NCBI RefSeq assembly: GCF_963921235.1
Contig: NC_086097.1
Coordinates: forward strand, 132,620,001-132,684,000
Origin: Mobula hypostoma
Lineage: Eukaryota
DNA: 64,000 nucleotides
Direction of reading: 5' to 3'
Both the position numbers and the translations under genes were made by a program. Below are positions 24,991-37,437 of this stretch, piece after piece. Below the pieces are notes generated by a model that was not told the DNA's origin, made no database searches, and was given only the letters and a program-made list of their open reading frames with translations. Position 1 is the first letter of the stretch, and the number at the start of each line of letters is the position of its first letter.

Positions 24991-26841
24991 CAATGGCTTG
25001 CAAAAGTTTGGGCACCCTTGGTCAAAATTTCTGTTACTGTGAATAGCTAAGCAAGTAAAAGATGAACTGATTTCCAAAAGGCATAAAGTTAAAGATGACA
25101 CATTTCTTTAATATTTTAAGCAAGATTACTTTTTTATTTCCGTCTTTTACAGTTTCAAAATAACGAAAAAGGAAAAGGGCCCAAAGCAAAAGTTTGTGCA
25201 CCCTGCATGGTCGGTACTTAGTAACACCCCCTTTGGCAAATATCACAGCTTGTAAATGCTTTTTGTAGCCAGCTAAGAGTCTTTCAGTTCTTGTTTGGGG
25301 GATTTTCACCCATTCTTCCTTGCAAAAGGCTTCTAATTCTGTAAGATTCTTGGGCCATCTTGCATGCACTGCTCTTTTGAGGTCTATCCACAGATTGTCG
25401 ATGATGTTTAGGTCGGGGGACTGTGAGGGCCATGGCAAAACCTTCAGCTTGCACCTCTTGAGGTAGTCCATTGTGGATTTTGAGGTGTGTTTAGGATCAT
25501 TAAAGCCATCCTCTTTTCATCTTCATTTTTTTTACAGACAGTGTGATGTTTGCTTCCAGAATTTGCTGGTATATAATTATAGATTTTTTTTAGATTATGA
25601 GGACACTCAGTCCTCGTTTATTGTCATTTAGAAATAAATAATGCATGCATGCATTAAGAAATGATACAATGTTCCTCCAGAGTGATATCACAAAAAAAGC
25701 AAGACAAACCAAAGACTAACACTGACAAGACCACATAATTATAACATATAGTTACAGTAGTGCAAAGCAATACCAAAATTTGATAAAGAGCAGACCATGG
25801 GAACAATTTAAAAAAGTCTCAAATTTCCGATCGACTCCCGATAGTCCCCGATAGCAGGTGGAAGAAGGGAAAAACTCTCTCTGCCATAAACCTCCAGGTA
25901 CCGCCAACTGTCGATGCATTGGAAGCACCGGACCACAGCCAACTTTGAGTCCGTCTGAAAACTTCGAGCCTCTGAACAGCCCTTCGACACCGAGCACCGA
26001 GCACCATCTCTGCTGAGCTCTTCGACCCCGTCCCGGCCGCCAAGCAACAAGCAAAGCCAAGGATTCAGGGCCTTCCCCTCCGGAGATTCTGGATCACACA
26101 GTAACAGCGGCAGCGAAAAAGGCATTTCAGAAGTTTCTCCAGATGTTCCTCTGTTCTCTCACGTCTGTCTCCATCAAATTAGGATTGTGCACGGCATCCT
26201 ACTTGACAGACTACAGATATCATTCACTAGAGAGGCCGCGCGAGCTGCGTTGTGCTGCCATCTTCTCCTCTGAATGTTACCAGTAAATGTTCCCTGTGCC
26301 ACTGGCTGCAACACAAGCCCAAAGCATGATCGATCCACATCCTTGCTGAACAGTTGGAGAATGGTTCTCTTCATGAAATTCTGCACCCTTTTTTCTCCAA
26401 ACATACCTTTGCTCATTGCTGCCAATAAGTTCTATTTTAACTTCATCAGTCCACAGGAATTGTTTCCAAAATGCATCAGGCTTGTTTAGATGTTCCTTTG
26501 AACCTTTTGAATAGAACTTTTATAGAAAAGCCCCCAAACAAGAATTGAAAGACTTCTAGCTGGCTGCAGAAAGTGTTTACAAGCTGTGATACTTGCCAAA
26601 GGGGGTGTTACTGAGTACTTACCATGCAGGGTGCCCAAACTTTTGCTTCGGGCCTTTTTCCTTTTCTGTTAATTTGAAAATGTAAAAGATGGAAATAAAG
26701 AAGTTTTCTTGCTTAAAATATTAAAGAAATGTGTCATCTTTTACTTTATGCCTTTTGGAAATCAGTTTATCCTTTACTCGCTTAGCTATTCACAGCAACA
26801 GAAATTTTGACCAGGGGTGCCCAGACTTCTGCATGGCACTG
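24991..26841 (-). mobile_element. Tc1-family derivative with 311-bp inverted ends and a partial transposase
   Basis: TA TSDs (24989-90, 26842-43). ORF 25034-25471 has VLPWPSQSPDLNIIDNLW...LQAVIFAKGGVTKY. An inner repeat of the terminal motif (gcaaaagtttg-gcaccc) lies within each IR. Confidence 0.93.
25580..26270 (-). mobile_element. Non-autonomous retroposon, copy 2, inserted in the Tc1 transposase
   Basis: Collinear with 3331-3993 end to end. Tc1 coding sequence resumes on both sides. Confidence 0.88.
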
Positions 26842-28489
26842 TACTTCCTGGTTCTGTTCCTCACAGGTAACTGACCTCGCCTCGACCCGTTATCGCTGAA
26901 GCCCGATTGAGCCAAAGCCCTACCACTCTGTCTCAAATCACTCCGTCGATGACTGCTCCGCAAGGCAGTGTCTCCCTTTTATGCCTGAACCTTCCCTGCT
27001 TTCCACCTCATGATCGGTGCTCTGGTTATAGCTGCCAATAGGCCACGTACAATGGACAAATGCTCGCGAAACTCCCTTTTTAAATAACCGCCGCCAACCT
27101 GCGAGAAATCCCTGTATTGTTGATGTTTCAGGTCAAAACTCTGCATCAGGGCAGATAGATTAACTATTTCACTATCAAGTGGAGTTTGAAATCTACCCCC
27201 TAAAATGGCACATTGACGCAAAAAAGAAAATCTGAAAGATAATGCAAGATAATTCTTGCTGAACAGAATCAGTGCTTATGAGCCTATTTGGAAGGCATTT
27301 TACTGAAGTAATTTGTTTCTGTCCCTATAAGCTTTTCAGGTGTAAGATATATGTTTAGAATGCAGTATTCAAGTTGCTCTCAGATTTAGCAATGCTAGAA
27401 GTTTGGGTAAGCAACATCACAGTGTTATTAACTGAGTGATTGAACAAATGGACTATGGATTTTTTTTTCAAGTCTCTGACATAATAGTGAAATATCGTAT
27501 CAGTGAAATAACCTGAATTTGTTATTGGATTTCACTGTAAGTGCCTTATTTCGATGTTATCTCACAGCAGTTTCAAACATCAGTCTGATGGTCTGAGGTT
27601 TTGAAACACAGCTAAGAAAGAAAATCTCAAAGCTTGTCACATAACAGCACTTTAAATGGCAAAGAGGCTCGGAAAATCCATGTGGATATAATAGGAGATA
27701 GGAAGGGGGGAGTGTGAAGAAAGAAGGGTCAAAGCTATTGCCTGTCTGCTAAAGATTCATCAGCAAGAGCAGGAGAGAAGCCCCCATCAAAACCTAGCGT
27801 TTATCAAAGCATGAAAGTATATTGCTTGATGTTGAAGAAGTGGTGTATTAAAAATGTGATACAAGTACACTTTTGTAAATTAATCATTTTAATCCCCAAG
27901 TCTGTCATCCTTAATCCCTATTCAGTTGATATGCTGTGATAATGTTGTATTTTCATTATCGTCTCCTAAGAACTAGAGATCAAAGCCTGGCTGTTTTGTG
28001 GACAGCAGTTTAATACATGGGCTCAAATAGCTTGGCCGTCTAATACAAATTGCCGACAAGGTCATTCGCCTGAATTTGAGTGGGCACTTGACAAGAGGAG
28101 TGTGCTGTCAGGACCCTTTTCTCCCTCCTATTGTTGAAGGTGACTTTATACCATCACCCGTTCGCTGCTGTCCCTCACAATCCTTTCAGGTGCGAGATAG
28201 CAGGAGGACTAGGGTTTGCTTCTTCTTTGTCCGTTGTACTGTAATCCGACGAGATAGATTGTCAAGAATTCTCTGTTACCTTTCTGATTCAATGCAAAGT
28301 ACAACAAGCTGGACATGTGTGTTTCCCACTGATATGTGGAGGCTGGGTGCCAACCATACAAGATACAAATACCAGAGTTCACCAAGCATCACAAAGGTTA
28401 AAGGAAACTGCAAAAAGAAATAACTTCGCCTTATGCCATTTCTTCACTTCATTGAGAACAGACACCCATCTTAAAGTCACAGAGACACA

Positions 28490-29065
28490 GGGCCATACAA
28501 CAGGAATACTGCAGGCCATTCTGCCCACTACATCCAGTGGGCATACATCCATATTAATCCCATCTTCCTTAAATACTGTCCGCAATTCTGCTTCCACCAC
28601 TCTCTCAGACAGTTAGTCACCACTCCCTGGGTAAAAAGCTCCCCCTCAGATCCTCTCTAAATCTCTGATTCTTGACCGTAACTTTATATCCTCCAAATTT
28701 ATTCACCACTGACTAGGGGAAATATTCCTGCAGTGTACCCCAGCTATATCGCTCATAATTTTATATCCCTTATTCATGTCACCTCTTAACCTCGTCCACT
28801 CAAGGGAGCTCAGACCCAGCTTCTCCAGACTCTCCTTGTAACTGAAGCACTCCAATCCAGGCAACATCTTGGTGAATCTCTTCTGCACCCTTTCCAACTC
28901 TATCATTTCTTTCCTATAGTGTCGTCACCACAACTACATACAGTACTCCAGCTGAGGTCTGAGCAATATTTTATAAAATTTGAGGACATCCTCCCTGTCC
29001 TTGGGCTCAATGTCCTGTCTAAAGAAGGCCAGCATCCCATATGGCTTCTTAACCACTTTATCTCC
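28490..29065 (-). mobile_element. CR1 3' fragment
   Basis: ORF 28703-28906: LERVQKRFTKMLPGLECFSYKESLEKLGLSSLEWTRLRGD. Confidence 0.85.
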
Positions 29066-29640
29066 ATGTTCAAATTTCACAGTAAATTTATTATCAAATT
29101 ATGCATCTGTCGCCATATACTACAGGCGTTTACAGGAAAAAATGAAATACAATAGAACTTTACAAAAACTATAGATAAACAGATAAAGACGTGCAAAAGA
29201 TGACAAACAGTGCATATAAAAATAATACTGAAAACATGGGTTGTAAAGAGTCCTTGAAAGAGAGTCAGCTCAGAGTAATGGTGAATGAAGTTATCTACAA
29301 TGGTACAGGAGCCTCATTTTTGTAGGGTAATAACTGTTCCTAAACCTAGTGGTGTGGGACCCAAGGCTTCTGTACCTCCTGCCTGATGGTACTAGTGAAA
29401 AGTGAGTACGGTGGGGGATTTTAATGATGGACGCTGTTTTCTTGTGGCAGCACTCCATGTAAATGTACTCAGTGGTGGAGAGGGCTTTGCCTGTGATGGA
29501 TTGGTTGTATCCACCACTGACTGTATCCTTTTCCATCCCTGAATATTGGTGGTTCCACACAAGGGCATGCACTCAAGATAGTTTCCTTTATTGACTCTTC
29601 ACTCAGCTCTGGAACACCTGGACAATGAAGATGTATACAT
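29066..29640 (-). mobile_element. Rex1-like 3' fragment
   Basis: ORF 29291-29572: FSLVPSGRRYRSLGSHTTRFRNSYYP. Confidence 0.8.
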
Positions 29641-31258
29641 ACCGGGGAGCACTTTAGGTTTAGTGATCACAATTCTGTAAGGTTTTTTAAAAGTTATGGA
29701 CAACATGGAACAGGTTCATGGGTCCTGAATTGGAGCAGGGCCAGCATTGAGGAAATTAGGCAGGATCTAGCTGGAGCTAGCTAGGGCAAAAGAGCAGCAG
29801 GCAAGTGAGAGGTTTTTAAAGAGTCCTACCAACAGTCTTCCTGTTAGGGTGAAGGGTAGCCATACCAATTTCAGTGAACCCTGGCTGAGAGCGATGCTGA
29901 GGCTCTAGTGAGGAAAAAAGAGGAAAGCATCCATCACTTTTGGGCAGCTGGGTATAAATGAACCCCTCAACAAATATAAAAAGTTTAAGGGCAGGCTTAA
30001 GATGGAAATCAGTAAGGCAAAGAAAGATAATTCCAAAAGTTTCTTCAGTTATATTAACAGTAAAGTGGTGACTAGGAAGAGACTAGTTCCTCCTAAAGAC
30101 TATCAGTGTTGCCTATGAGTGGAGCCACAGGAGATGGTTGAGACTTTGAGTGTCATTTTCTCCTTATTGTTTATGAGGAAGAATATTATGGATGCCAAAG
30201 AAATGACGGTAATTAGTAGAGAGTAATACATATTACTAGGAAGTAAGCATTTGCAGCCTTAAGTATATTAAGGTGGTCAAGTCCTCAGAGCATGACCAAG
30301 TGCACCCCTGGACCTTATGGGAGACCAGGGGAAAAAAATCACAGCGGCTCTGTTAGAGATATTTGCTTCATCATTAGGCACTGGTGAAGTTCCAGAAGGC
30401 TGGAGGGTGTCTAATACGGTTCCATTGTTCAAGATCAGTAACTACAGGTGAGATGGGGTCAGAATCGGCTCAATGATGGGAAGCAGAGGATGATGGTTGA
30501 AGGTTGATCCTCCAACTGGGTGGGTGCTTCAAGGGTCACTATTGGGACCTCTGCTATTTATTATTTATAATGTATGGAAGTGATTTAGATGTGAAGTACA
30601 TGGCATGATTCGATTGTTCACTAATTTAGGTGTCTTGACAGTGAAGCAGTAGACAATGAATTACAAAGAAATCTTGTTCGGTTAGGGAGGTGAGCTGAGG
30701 AATAATTTAAGTATGAGATGACCCATTTTGGACACTAAAGCCAGATAGGACTTAAACAGTGAATGGCAGGGCACTGATGCGTTTGTGGAAGAAAGGGATC
30801 TCGGAGTCCAAGTGTACAGTTCACTGAAAGTGTCTACTCAAGTAAATAAAGTGGTGAAGAAGGCATTTAGCATGCTGTCCTTCATCAGTCAGGACATCAA
30901 GTTTATGAGTAGGGGCATTATGTTACAGTTATATAACTTGTTGGTGAGACTGCACTTGGAATTACTATGCACAGTCCTGGTCACCTTATCATGGAAAAGC
31001 TGGCGAGGGTGCAGAAGAGATCTATAAGGATGCTGCCTAGACCAGAGGGTCTGAGTTATAGGGAGTGGTTGACTACACAGGATCTTTATTTTTTGGAGAA
31101 TAGGAGAATAAGAGGTGACCTCACAGAAGTTTATGAAACCATGTGGTGTATGGATAAGATGGACAGGATGGCCTTTTCCCCATTGCCGTAGGGTCAAATA
31201 CTCAAGGGCACGGATACAAGATAACAGGGTAGAGATTTAAAAGAGACTGAGAGGTAAC

Positions 31259-31773
31259 ACTCACAACATGCTGGAGGAACTCAGCAGGTCGGGCAGCATC
31301 CGTGGAAACGATCAGTCAAGGTTTCGGGCCAGAACCCTTCCTCAGGACTGAAGAGGGAAGGGACAAAGGCCCTATAAAGAAGGTGGGTGGAGGGTGGGAA
31401 GGAGAAGGCTGGTAGATTTCTGGTGAAAAACCCGTAAGGGGAAAGATGAAGGGGTGGGGGAGGGGAAGCAGGGAGGTGATAGGCAGGAAAGGTGAAGAAG
31501 GAATAGGGGAAAAGCCATTGGGTAGTAGAAGGAGGCGGAACCATGATGGAGGTGATAGGCAGCTGGGGGAGGGGGCAGAGTGAAATAGGGATCAGAGAAG
31601 GGAGGGGGAGGATTCTATGTTCATACCAAGGGGCTGGAGACTACCTAGATGGTATATGGGGTGTTGCTCCTCCAACCTGAGTTTGGCCTCATCATGGCAG
31701 TAGAGGAGGCCACGTATGGACATATCCGAATGGGAGTGTGAAGCAGAGCTGAAGTGGGTGGCTACCGGGAGGT
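31259..31773 (-). mobile_element. Penelope-like 3' fragment inserted in CR1
   Basis: 12-bp TSD CTGAGAGGTAAC (31247-31258, 31774-31785). Minus strand encodes VATHFSSASHSHSDMSIRGLLYCHDEAKLRLEEQH (GIY-YIG domain C-terminus). Confidence 0.88.
31312..31351 (-). ncRNA. Minimal type I hammerhead ribozyme motif
   Basis: UCAGUC-CUGAGGA-A-GGG-UUCUGG-CCC-GAAAC-CUU-GACUGA. Stem I, core boxes and stem II are intact; the stem III palindrome is mutated. Confidence 0.7.
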
Positions 31774-34700
31774 CTGAGAGGTAACTTCTTTACACAGAGT
31801 GTATTGAGTATTTGGAATGATAGACGAAGTGACTACTATGGGTGTAGTTGCAACATTTTGGAGGCTTTTGGACAGGTACGTTAAGAGGACATGTTTGGAG
31901 AGATATGGGCTGAACACAGGCAACAGACTAGCAAGGGGGATACTGTAGTTGGCATTGACCAGATGGGTCAAAGGGGCTGTTTATGTGCTGTAATTCAATA
32001 TTAGTCACTCAATATTATTTTTTCTCTTAAAATATTTGCTAACCTTTGTTAGCTCCGGTTGCAATTTTTAATCCATTTCAAATATTTAGGGCTTCCATCC
32101 CAGACAGCTGTGAAGGCTGAATTATTGATGGTATTTAAATAGAAGTAAATACAATTTGAAAGATAGAAGAATTGAGGGCAATTACTCAGGTTTGATGGTC
32201 AAAGTAACTTACTCTTGAGCCTATTTCCTTTTACTTTTTTATGTACAGTATGTTTCTAATTTCAGGTGGTTGTTACAAGTCAGCCATATCTACCCTGAGT
32301 CAGGAGTCACATTTTAACCAGACCAGGCAAAGTTGACAGATCACCTTTTATGAAATGCAGTTAAAGGGGTTTTGTGTTTGACAGATCAATGGTTTCATGA
32401 ACATTCCTGATGACACATTTTAAATTCCAAATTTAATTAATTAAAATAAAATTCCCCAGCTCCCATAATATGATTTCAATAACTTAACCAAATTGCTGCT
32501 GTAGACCTAACATTATGTCAAAGAATACATCTCAATGTACAGGATTAAAGTGACTACAGGATTAAGAAGATTCAGTTCTTGAGGAACTCAATGGGTGGAG
32601 TAATATTCATGGGAGGAAAGGAACTGTTGGCATTTTAGGTCCTGATGCAGGTTTTCAACCCAAAACATTGATGATTCCTCTCCCTCCGCTGATGTTGCTT
32701 GACCCACTGAGTTCATCCAGCAGATTGTCTGTTGCTTCAGATACCAGTAACTGTATTCTCTTGTGTCTCCATTTAAATCCTTTTACTTTCATCCCAGGGA
32801 AGCTGGACTGAATTAAAAGTTTTAATTGATTTTTTTATATCCACTTGGTCAGCGGAACCAATTATTGATTTAAATTTCTTTTAAAAATCGCTCTCTTCTA
32901 GCACATGGCCAGCTCTGTGTACTCATGGAAGCAGATCTACTTGAACCCAAATTGAATCAATACTGGAATAGCATAAATGTGAAAAAAATTGGATTGTTGC
33001 AATTTTTATTCATTAAAGAATTAAAAATCAGAAAACTGGTCTAAAAATAAACCTAGCAAATCTCCACAGTTTTATAACTTTATTGCTCCTTTCATAACTT
33101 CCTCAAAAGATATTTAAATCCTTCTATTGTAATGTAGGGAATACAGCAGTCAGTTTGCACCCAACCGGTTCCAGTGATAATTTGTTATAGACCATGTTTA
33201 TTAAAAGAATTAATGTCTCCTAACCTTCCTAATGATGTTGGTTATAAGGAATGCATTATCCTGGGTATCTATGACAACTCTCTTGCTCCTTCAAACTAGT
33301 CAAACTAGAACTTGAATTGATATCTCATTGATCAATGGAGAGAAAGAACATTTAACGACAAAGAACAAGGATGTGGTTGGAGTGAAAGTTCAGTCCAGCA
33401 AGAGCCAGTAGCTTAAGGAAAGTATTTCATTTCTGCTTTCCCATGGAAAGGGGTAAAGGCTTCTCCTTGAACTAGGCTTGATAACTAATAATCAAATCCA
33501 GGAGCCATTGAAATGTTTTTGACTTTCCTTCCAATGAAGGAATATTGACTCTAGTCTGACAAGGAGAAGATCAGATGTTAATAACTCTGTACTATCTTCG
33601 CATTTGAGTTGAGCTAAACAGGATAATGTTCCAGTTCACTCAAGTTAATGTGTATTTCTTCCAAAGTTCTGAAACAATCTATAACAATTGCAATCAATAA
33701 CATGTTTTTGCAATAAAGAATAGGTGAAGGAAAAGAAGCCTGTAAACTAGCACTTTTCCCTCTACCATCAGATTTCTGAATGGTCCATGAACCTCACTAT
33801 TCATGTTTTTGCGTTATTTACTTACTTCTGTAATTTAGTGATTTTTCTGTCCTTACGCTGTGCTGGTGCCACAAAACAATAGATTTCATGTCATATGTCA
33901 GTGATAATAAATCTGATTCTGACTCTTATTTTATGAAACTTTTGCAGGAAAGTTTAACACAGGGACAGTACGTTGTCCTCTGACAGATCTCTCATACAAT
34001 AACAATAAACTCTTGATCTCTCTACGTACCTTATCATGGCCCTTGCTCTTTATTTATCTATCAGCACTGCACTACCTCTGCAACTGTATACATTCTCTTT
34101 TGTTCCTTTTGTCCTACTTATGTATGGAATGATCTTCCTGGACAGCAAGCAAACAAAAGCTTTTCACCGTATCTCAGTGCATGTGACAATAATAGACGTA
34201 TTACCAATGACCAATTAATGGAACTTAAAGTGTTTTGCTGAATTTGGAGTTTGTGCTTGCAATATAAAGCAGTGATGCTCTCTACATTAGAACAAAAATG
34301 GGCTTTAATGAACAGGTTTGCTTTGGGCAGACTTTGGTGAACTTTGCCACTAATGAAGGCTCTCAACTGCTCAATGCAATCCCGTACCTTGGTCACAGCA
34401 CCAGTGAATATGGAGAACACATGCTTTTCACTAATGCTTAACTATGCCCTTCTTTGAGCAGACAGATGTACTGCAACCAGTTTGAGACAGCAATACATTC
34501 CTGAGCAACAGATACAAAATGATAGGGAGACTCTGAAAATCATAGCATTTGATGCCTTTGTTTCCAGTCTTGATGAGTTATCTCGGCCTGAAACATCAAC
34601 TGTTTATTCCTGTTTATAGATCCTACCTGACCTGTTAAGTGCCTCCAGCATTTTGTGTGCTTTACTCAGGATTTCCAGTATCTGCAAAATCTCTTGTGTT

Positions 34701-35057
34701 TATAACATTACTGAATTGTGATCACTATAAACTATTCTGACCAGTAAGAACACCACTCTGCTAAAATACACCTGGAGCTTTACAGCATTTGGTGAATTGG
34801 GGGATATGAAAATTTTGCGTTAGACAAGTTTTTGGTTAGTCTCATAAAACAGTGGTTAACTATCCAACCATAATAAATAAGAATAAAATGCAAACTGGCT
34901 CTGCACAGCAAAGCACAAGTTATTTTTAAAACATGAAGTTAAGAGATGTTTTAACAGTAAACCAGAAAGCACAACTCTTGAACATATGAAATAACATCTG
35001 AAAGAATAGTAATACTAATATTTTGCATTTTAATCCTAAGTAGTAAATATTCATATA

Positions 35058-35575
35058 CACTTAGTGGCCACTTTATTAGGTACATCTGTACACTCACTCC
35101 TGCAAATATCTAATGCAAGTATCTAATCAGCCCGTCATCTGGCAGCAAAAAAATAGCATGCAGACATGGTCAGGAGGCTCAGTTGTTATTCAGACCAGAC
35201 CTCAGAATGGGAAAGAAATGTGATCTAAGTGACTTTGCCCGTGGAATAATTGTTGGTGCCAGATGGGGTAGTTTGAGTATCTCAGAAACTACTGATCTCC
35301 TGGGATTTTCACATACAACATTCTCTACACTTTACATAGAATGGTACAAAAACAAAAACCATTCGGTGAATGGCAGTTCTGTGGGCAAAAGCACCTTGGT
35401 AATGAGAGATGTCAGAGGAGAAAGGCCAGGTTCAACTTGACAAGAAGGCAACAGTAACTCAGATAATTACACATTACAAAAGTGGTGTTCAGAAGAGCAT
35501 CTCTGAATGCTACATGGACTACAGCAGGAGAAGATCATGAACATGTGTGCATTTATGACCAGGTGCACAGATGTA
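35058..35575 (+). mobile_element. Tc1-like deleted element, third copy; right TIR not found
   Basis: TA followed by CACTTAGTGGCCACTTTATTAGGTAC. MGKKCDLSDFARGIIVGARWGSLSISETTDLLGFSHTT. Confidence 0.88.
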
Positions 35576-35639
35576 TCTCCATATCTTCTGGTCAAGAACA
35601 ATCTCCAACCGCACCCTACTCCTTCAGTGCCATCAATAG

Positions 35640-35818
35640 GATATAGCCTCCTGATCCCTGAAGGGCAGGGGAAATGTGGGAGACCAAAGACAACTTGGCG
35701 CCGTACCATAGAGATGGAAATGAGGAACCTGAACCACACCTGGGACACAATACCAAGGAAAGACAGAGTTGGAGAATCTTCATTGCTCCCCTAAATGTCT
35801 GCAGGCATAGATGAAGTG
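35640..35818 (+). mobile_element. RTE-type LINE 3' remnant
   Basis: PEGQGKCGRPKTTWRRTIEMEMRNLNHTW matches the RTE C-terminal GRP..W motif. Confidence 0.7.
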
Positions 35819-35942
35819 TCTGGACAGAATGGCTGGATATCTGAAACTCACTGCTTGCAGACGTGATAGAGGCAGTTTCCATTGTGGCTTTCAAGAGGGA
35901 GTTGGATACATATATGGCAAAGAATATATGCAAAACTACAGG

Positions 35943-36430
35943 GAAAGGATGTGGAAGCATTGGAAAGGGTACAGAGGAGATTTACCAGGATGCTGCCTGC
36001 TTTAGAGAGTATGCATTATGATCAGAGATTAAGGGAGGTAGGGCTTTACTCTTTGAAGAGAAGGAGGATGAGAAGAGACATGATAGAGGTATACAAGATG
36101 TTAAGAGGAATAGATAGAGTGGAGAGCCAGTGCTTCCCCAGGGCACCACTGCTCAATACAAGAGGACATGGCTTTAAGGTAAGGGGTGGGAAGTTCAAGG
36201 GGGATATTAGAGGAAGGTTTTTTACTCAGAGAGTGGTTGGTGCATGGAATGGACTGCCTGAGTCAGTGGTGGAGGCAGATACACTAGTGAAGTTTAAGAG
36301 ACTACTAGACAGGTATATGGAAGAATTTAAGGTGGACGGTTATAGGGGAGGCAGGGTTTAAGGGTCGGCACAATACTGTGGGCCAAAGGGCCTGTACTGG
36401 CCTGTACTATTCTATGTTCTATGTTCTATG
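35943..36430 (+). mobile_element. Young 5'-truncated CR1
   Basis: Uninterrupted frame KDVEALERVQRRFTRMLP...GRFFTQRVVGAWNGLP, with (TTCTATG)3 tail. Absent from duplication copy 1. Confidence 0.92.
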
Positions 36431-36630
36431 AAAGTAGGTGAAATTAGGGAATTCCTTTGGCAGAGAGCTAACTCGGACATGATAGGCCAAGTGGCCCCCT
36501 TCTCTGCAGTAACCACTCAATGATTACTGAAGTCTATCAATTACTCATCTTTGAAATATGCACATTTGGTCTGGATGCTATCCCATAATCACTGAAGAGA
36601 AACTTTGGCCTTGAAGCATACACGGCATCC

Positions 36631-37437
36631 AGTTCTTCTGGTTAAGGTGGTGCTAAAAAGTTGAGAAATTCAGCTAAAAACATCATTGGAAGACACCTTC
36701 TTTGAGGTGAATTGTGTTATATTATTGCAACAAACAGTGAGGGGATGAGTGATGGTGAAGGAAGTTCGGGGAATGAACCTGAATGGTGTGTTGCAGAATC
36801 AATGAAGATGGATTGAGCCATTTGGAGACGAGAGGCCAGAGCAGTGTGGTTCCAATGCCCGTACAACTGGCCTATGCGCGAGGTTGGATTGCTCTGGTCA
36901 AGCTGATTTGAAGAGCTTGAGGGTGGCTTTGGACTGCGCGGCATTGTCTAGGCACCAAGCCCTTCGCAGTAGTCAGGTCCTAGTGTGAGGTACGATCTGC
37001 TGTTTAGACAATTGAAACACAAGTCCAGATCGGCTGAAAAGACAGGGTGTTGGGATCCGAGGCGAGAGCAAATTTCATTTGCTATCTGCAGCGGTCACTC
37101 CTCTCTCTATGGCGCTGAGGCCATGAAGACTGCCCTGGCTGCAGTGCTCCATGCCCCCTAATATGGTGAACTGAGAAGAGAGGCTTTGGGCCTACTCTAA
37201 GCTGCTCCAGGGTTCAGATCTGAGGACTCAATTTGGTTTGGAATATTGTTGTTTGCTTCAACTATTTGTATGATTTGTGTTTTTTTTTTCCTTTCTCTTG
37301 AGCATTGGGCCTTGGTCTTTTAGTTTTTTTCTTGAATTGGGTTCTTTCAGGTTTCTTACTTTGTGGCTACTAGAAAGCAATCAAATCTTAAGGTTGTATA
37401 ATTCATACATGCTTTGAATTTAAATGTACTTTGAATC
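36631..37437 (+). mobile_element. Non-autonomous retroposon-like insertion (about 800 bp)
   Basis: Absent from the paralogous site at about 4245-4255. T-rich 3' part ending aaatgtactttgaatc. Confidence 0.65.

Larger units (their letters stand above)
20905..27113 (-). mobile_element. Full-length CR1 LINE (about 4.1 kb net of nested insertions)
   Basis: 5' UTR, ORF1, APE-RT ORF2 and tail in order. 5-bp TSD GTATT (20900-20904, 27114-27118). The host repeat rejoins across it. Confidence 0.92.
29650..31990 (+). mobile_element. Degraded CR1 ORF2 and 3' UTR
   Basis: EERDLGVQVYSSLKV, LYNLLVRLHLE, LARVQKRSIRMLP, IRGDLTEVY motifs. Confidence 0.85.

Noticed and set aside
27574..27588. 14-nt match to the reverse complement of miR-21 (AACATCAGTCTGAT)
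   Set aside because: The seed region is absent and there is no miR-21-like precursor.
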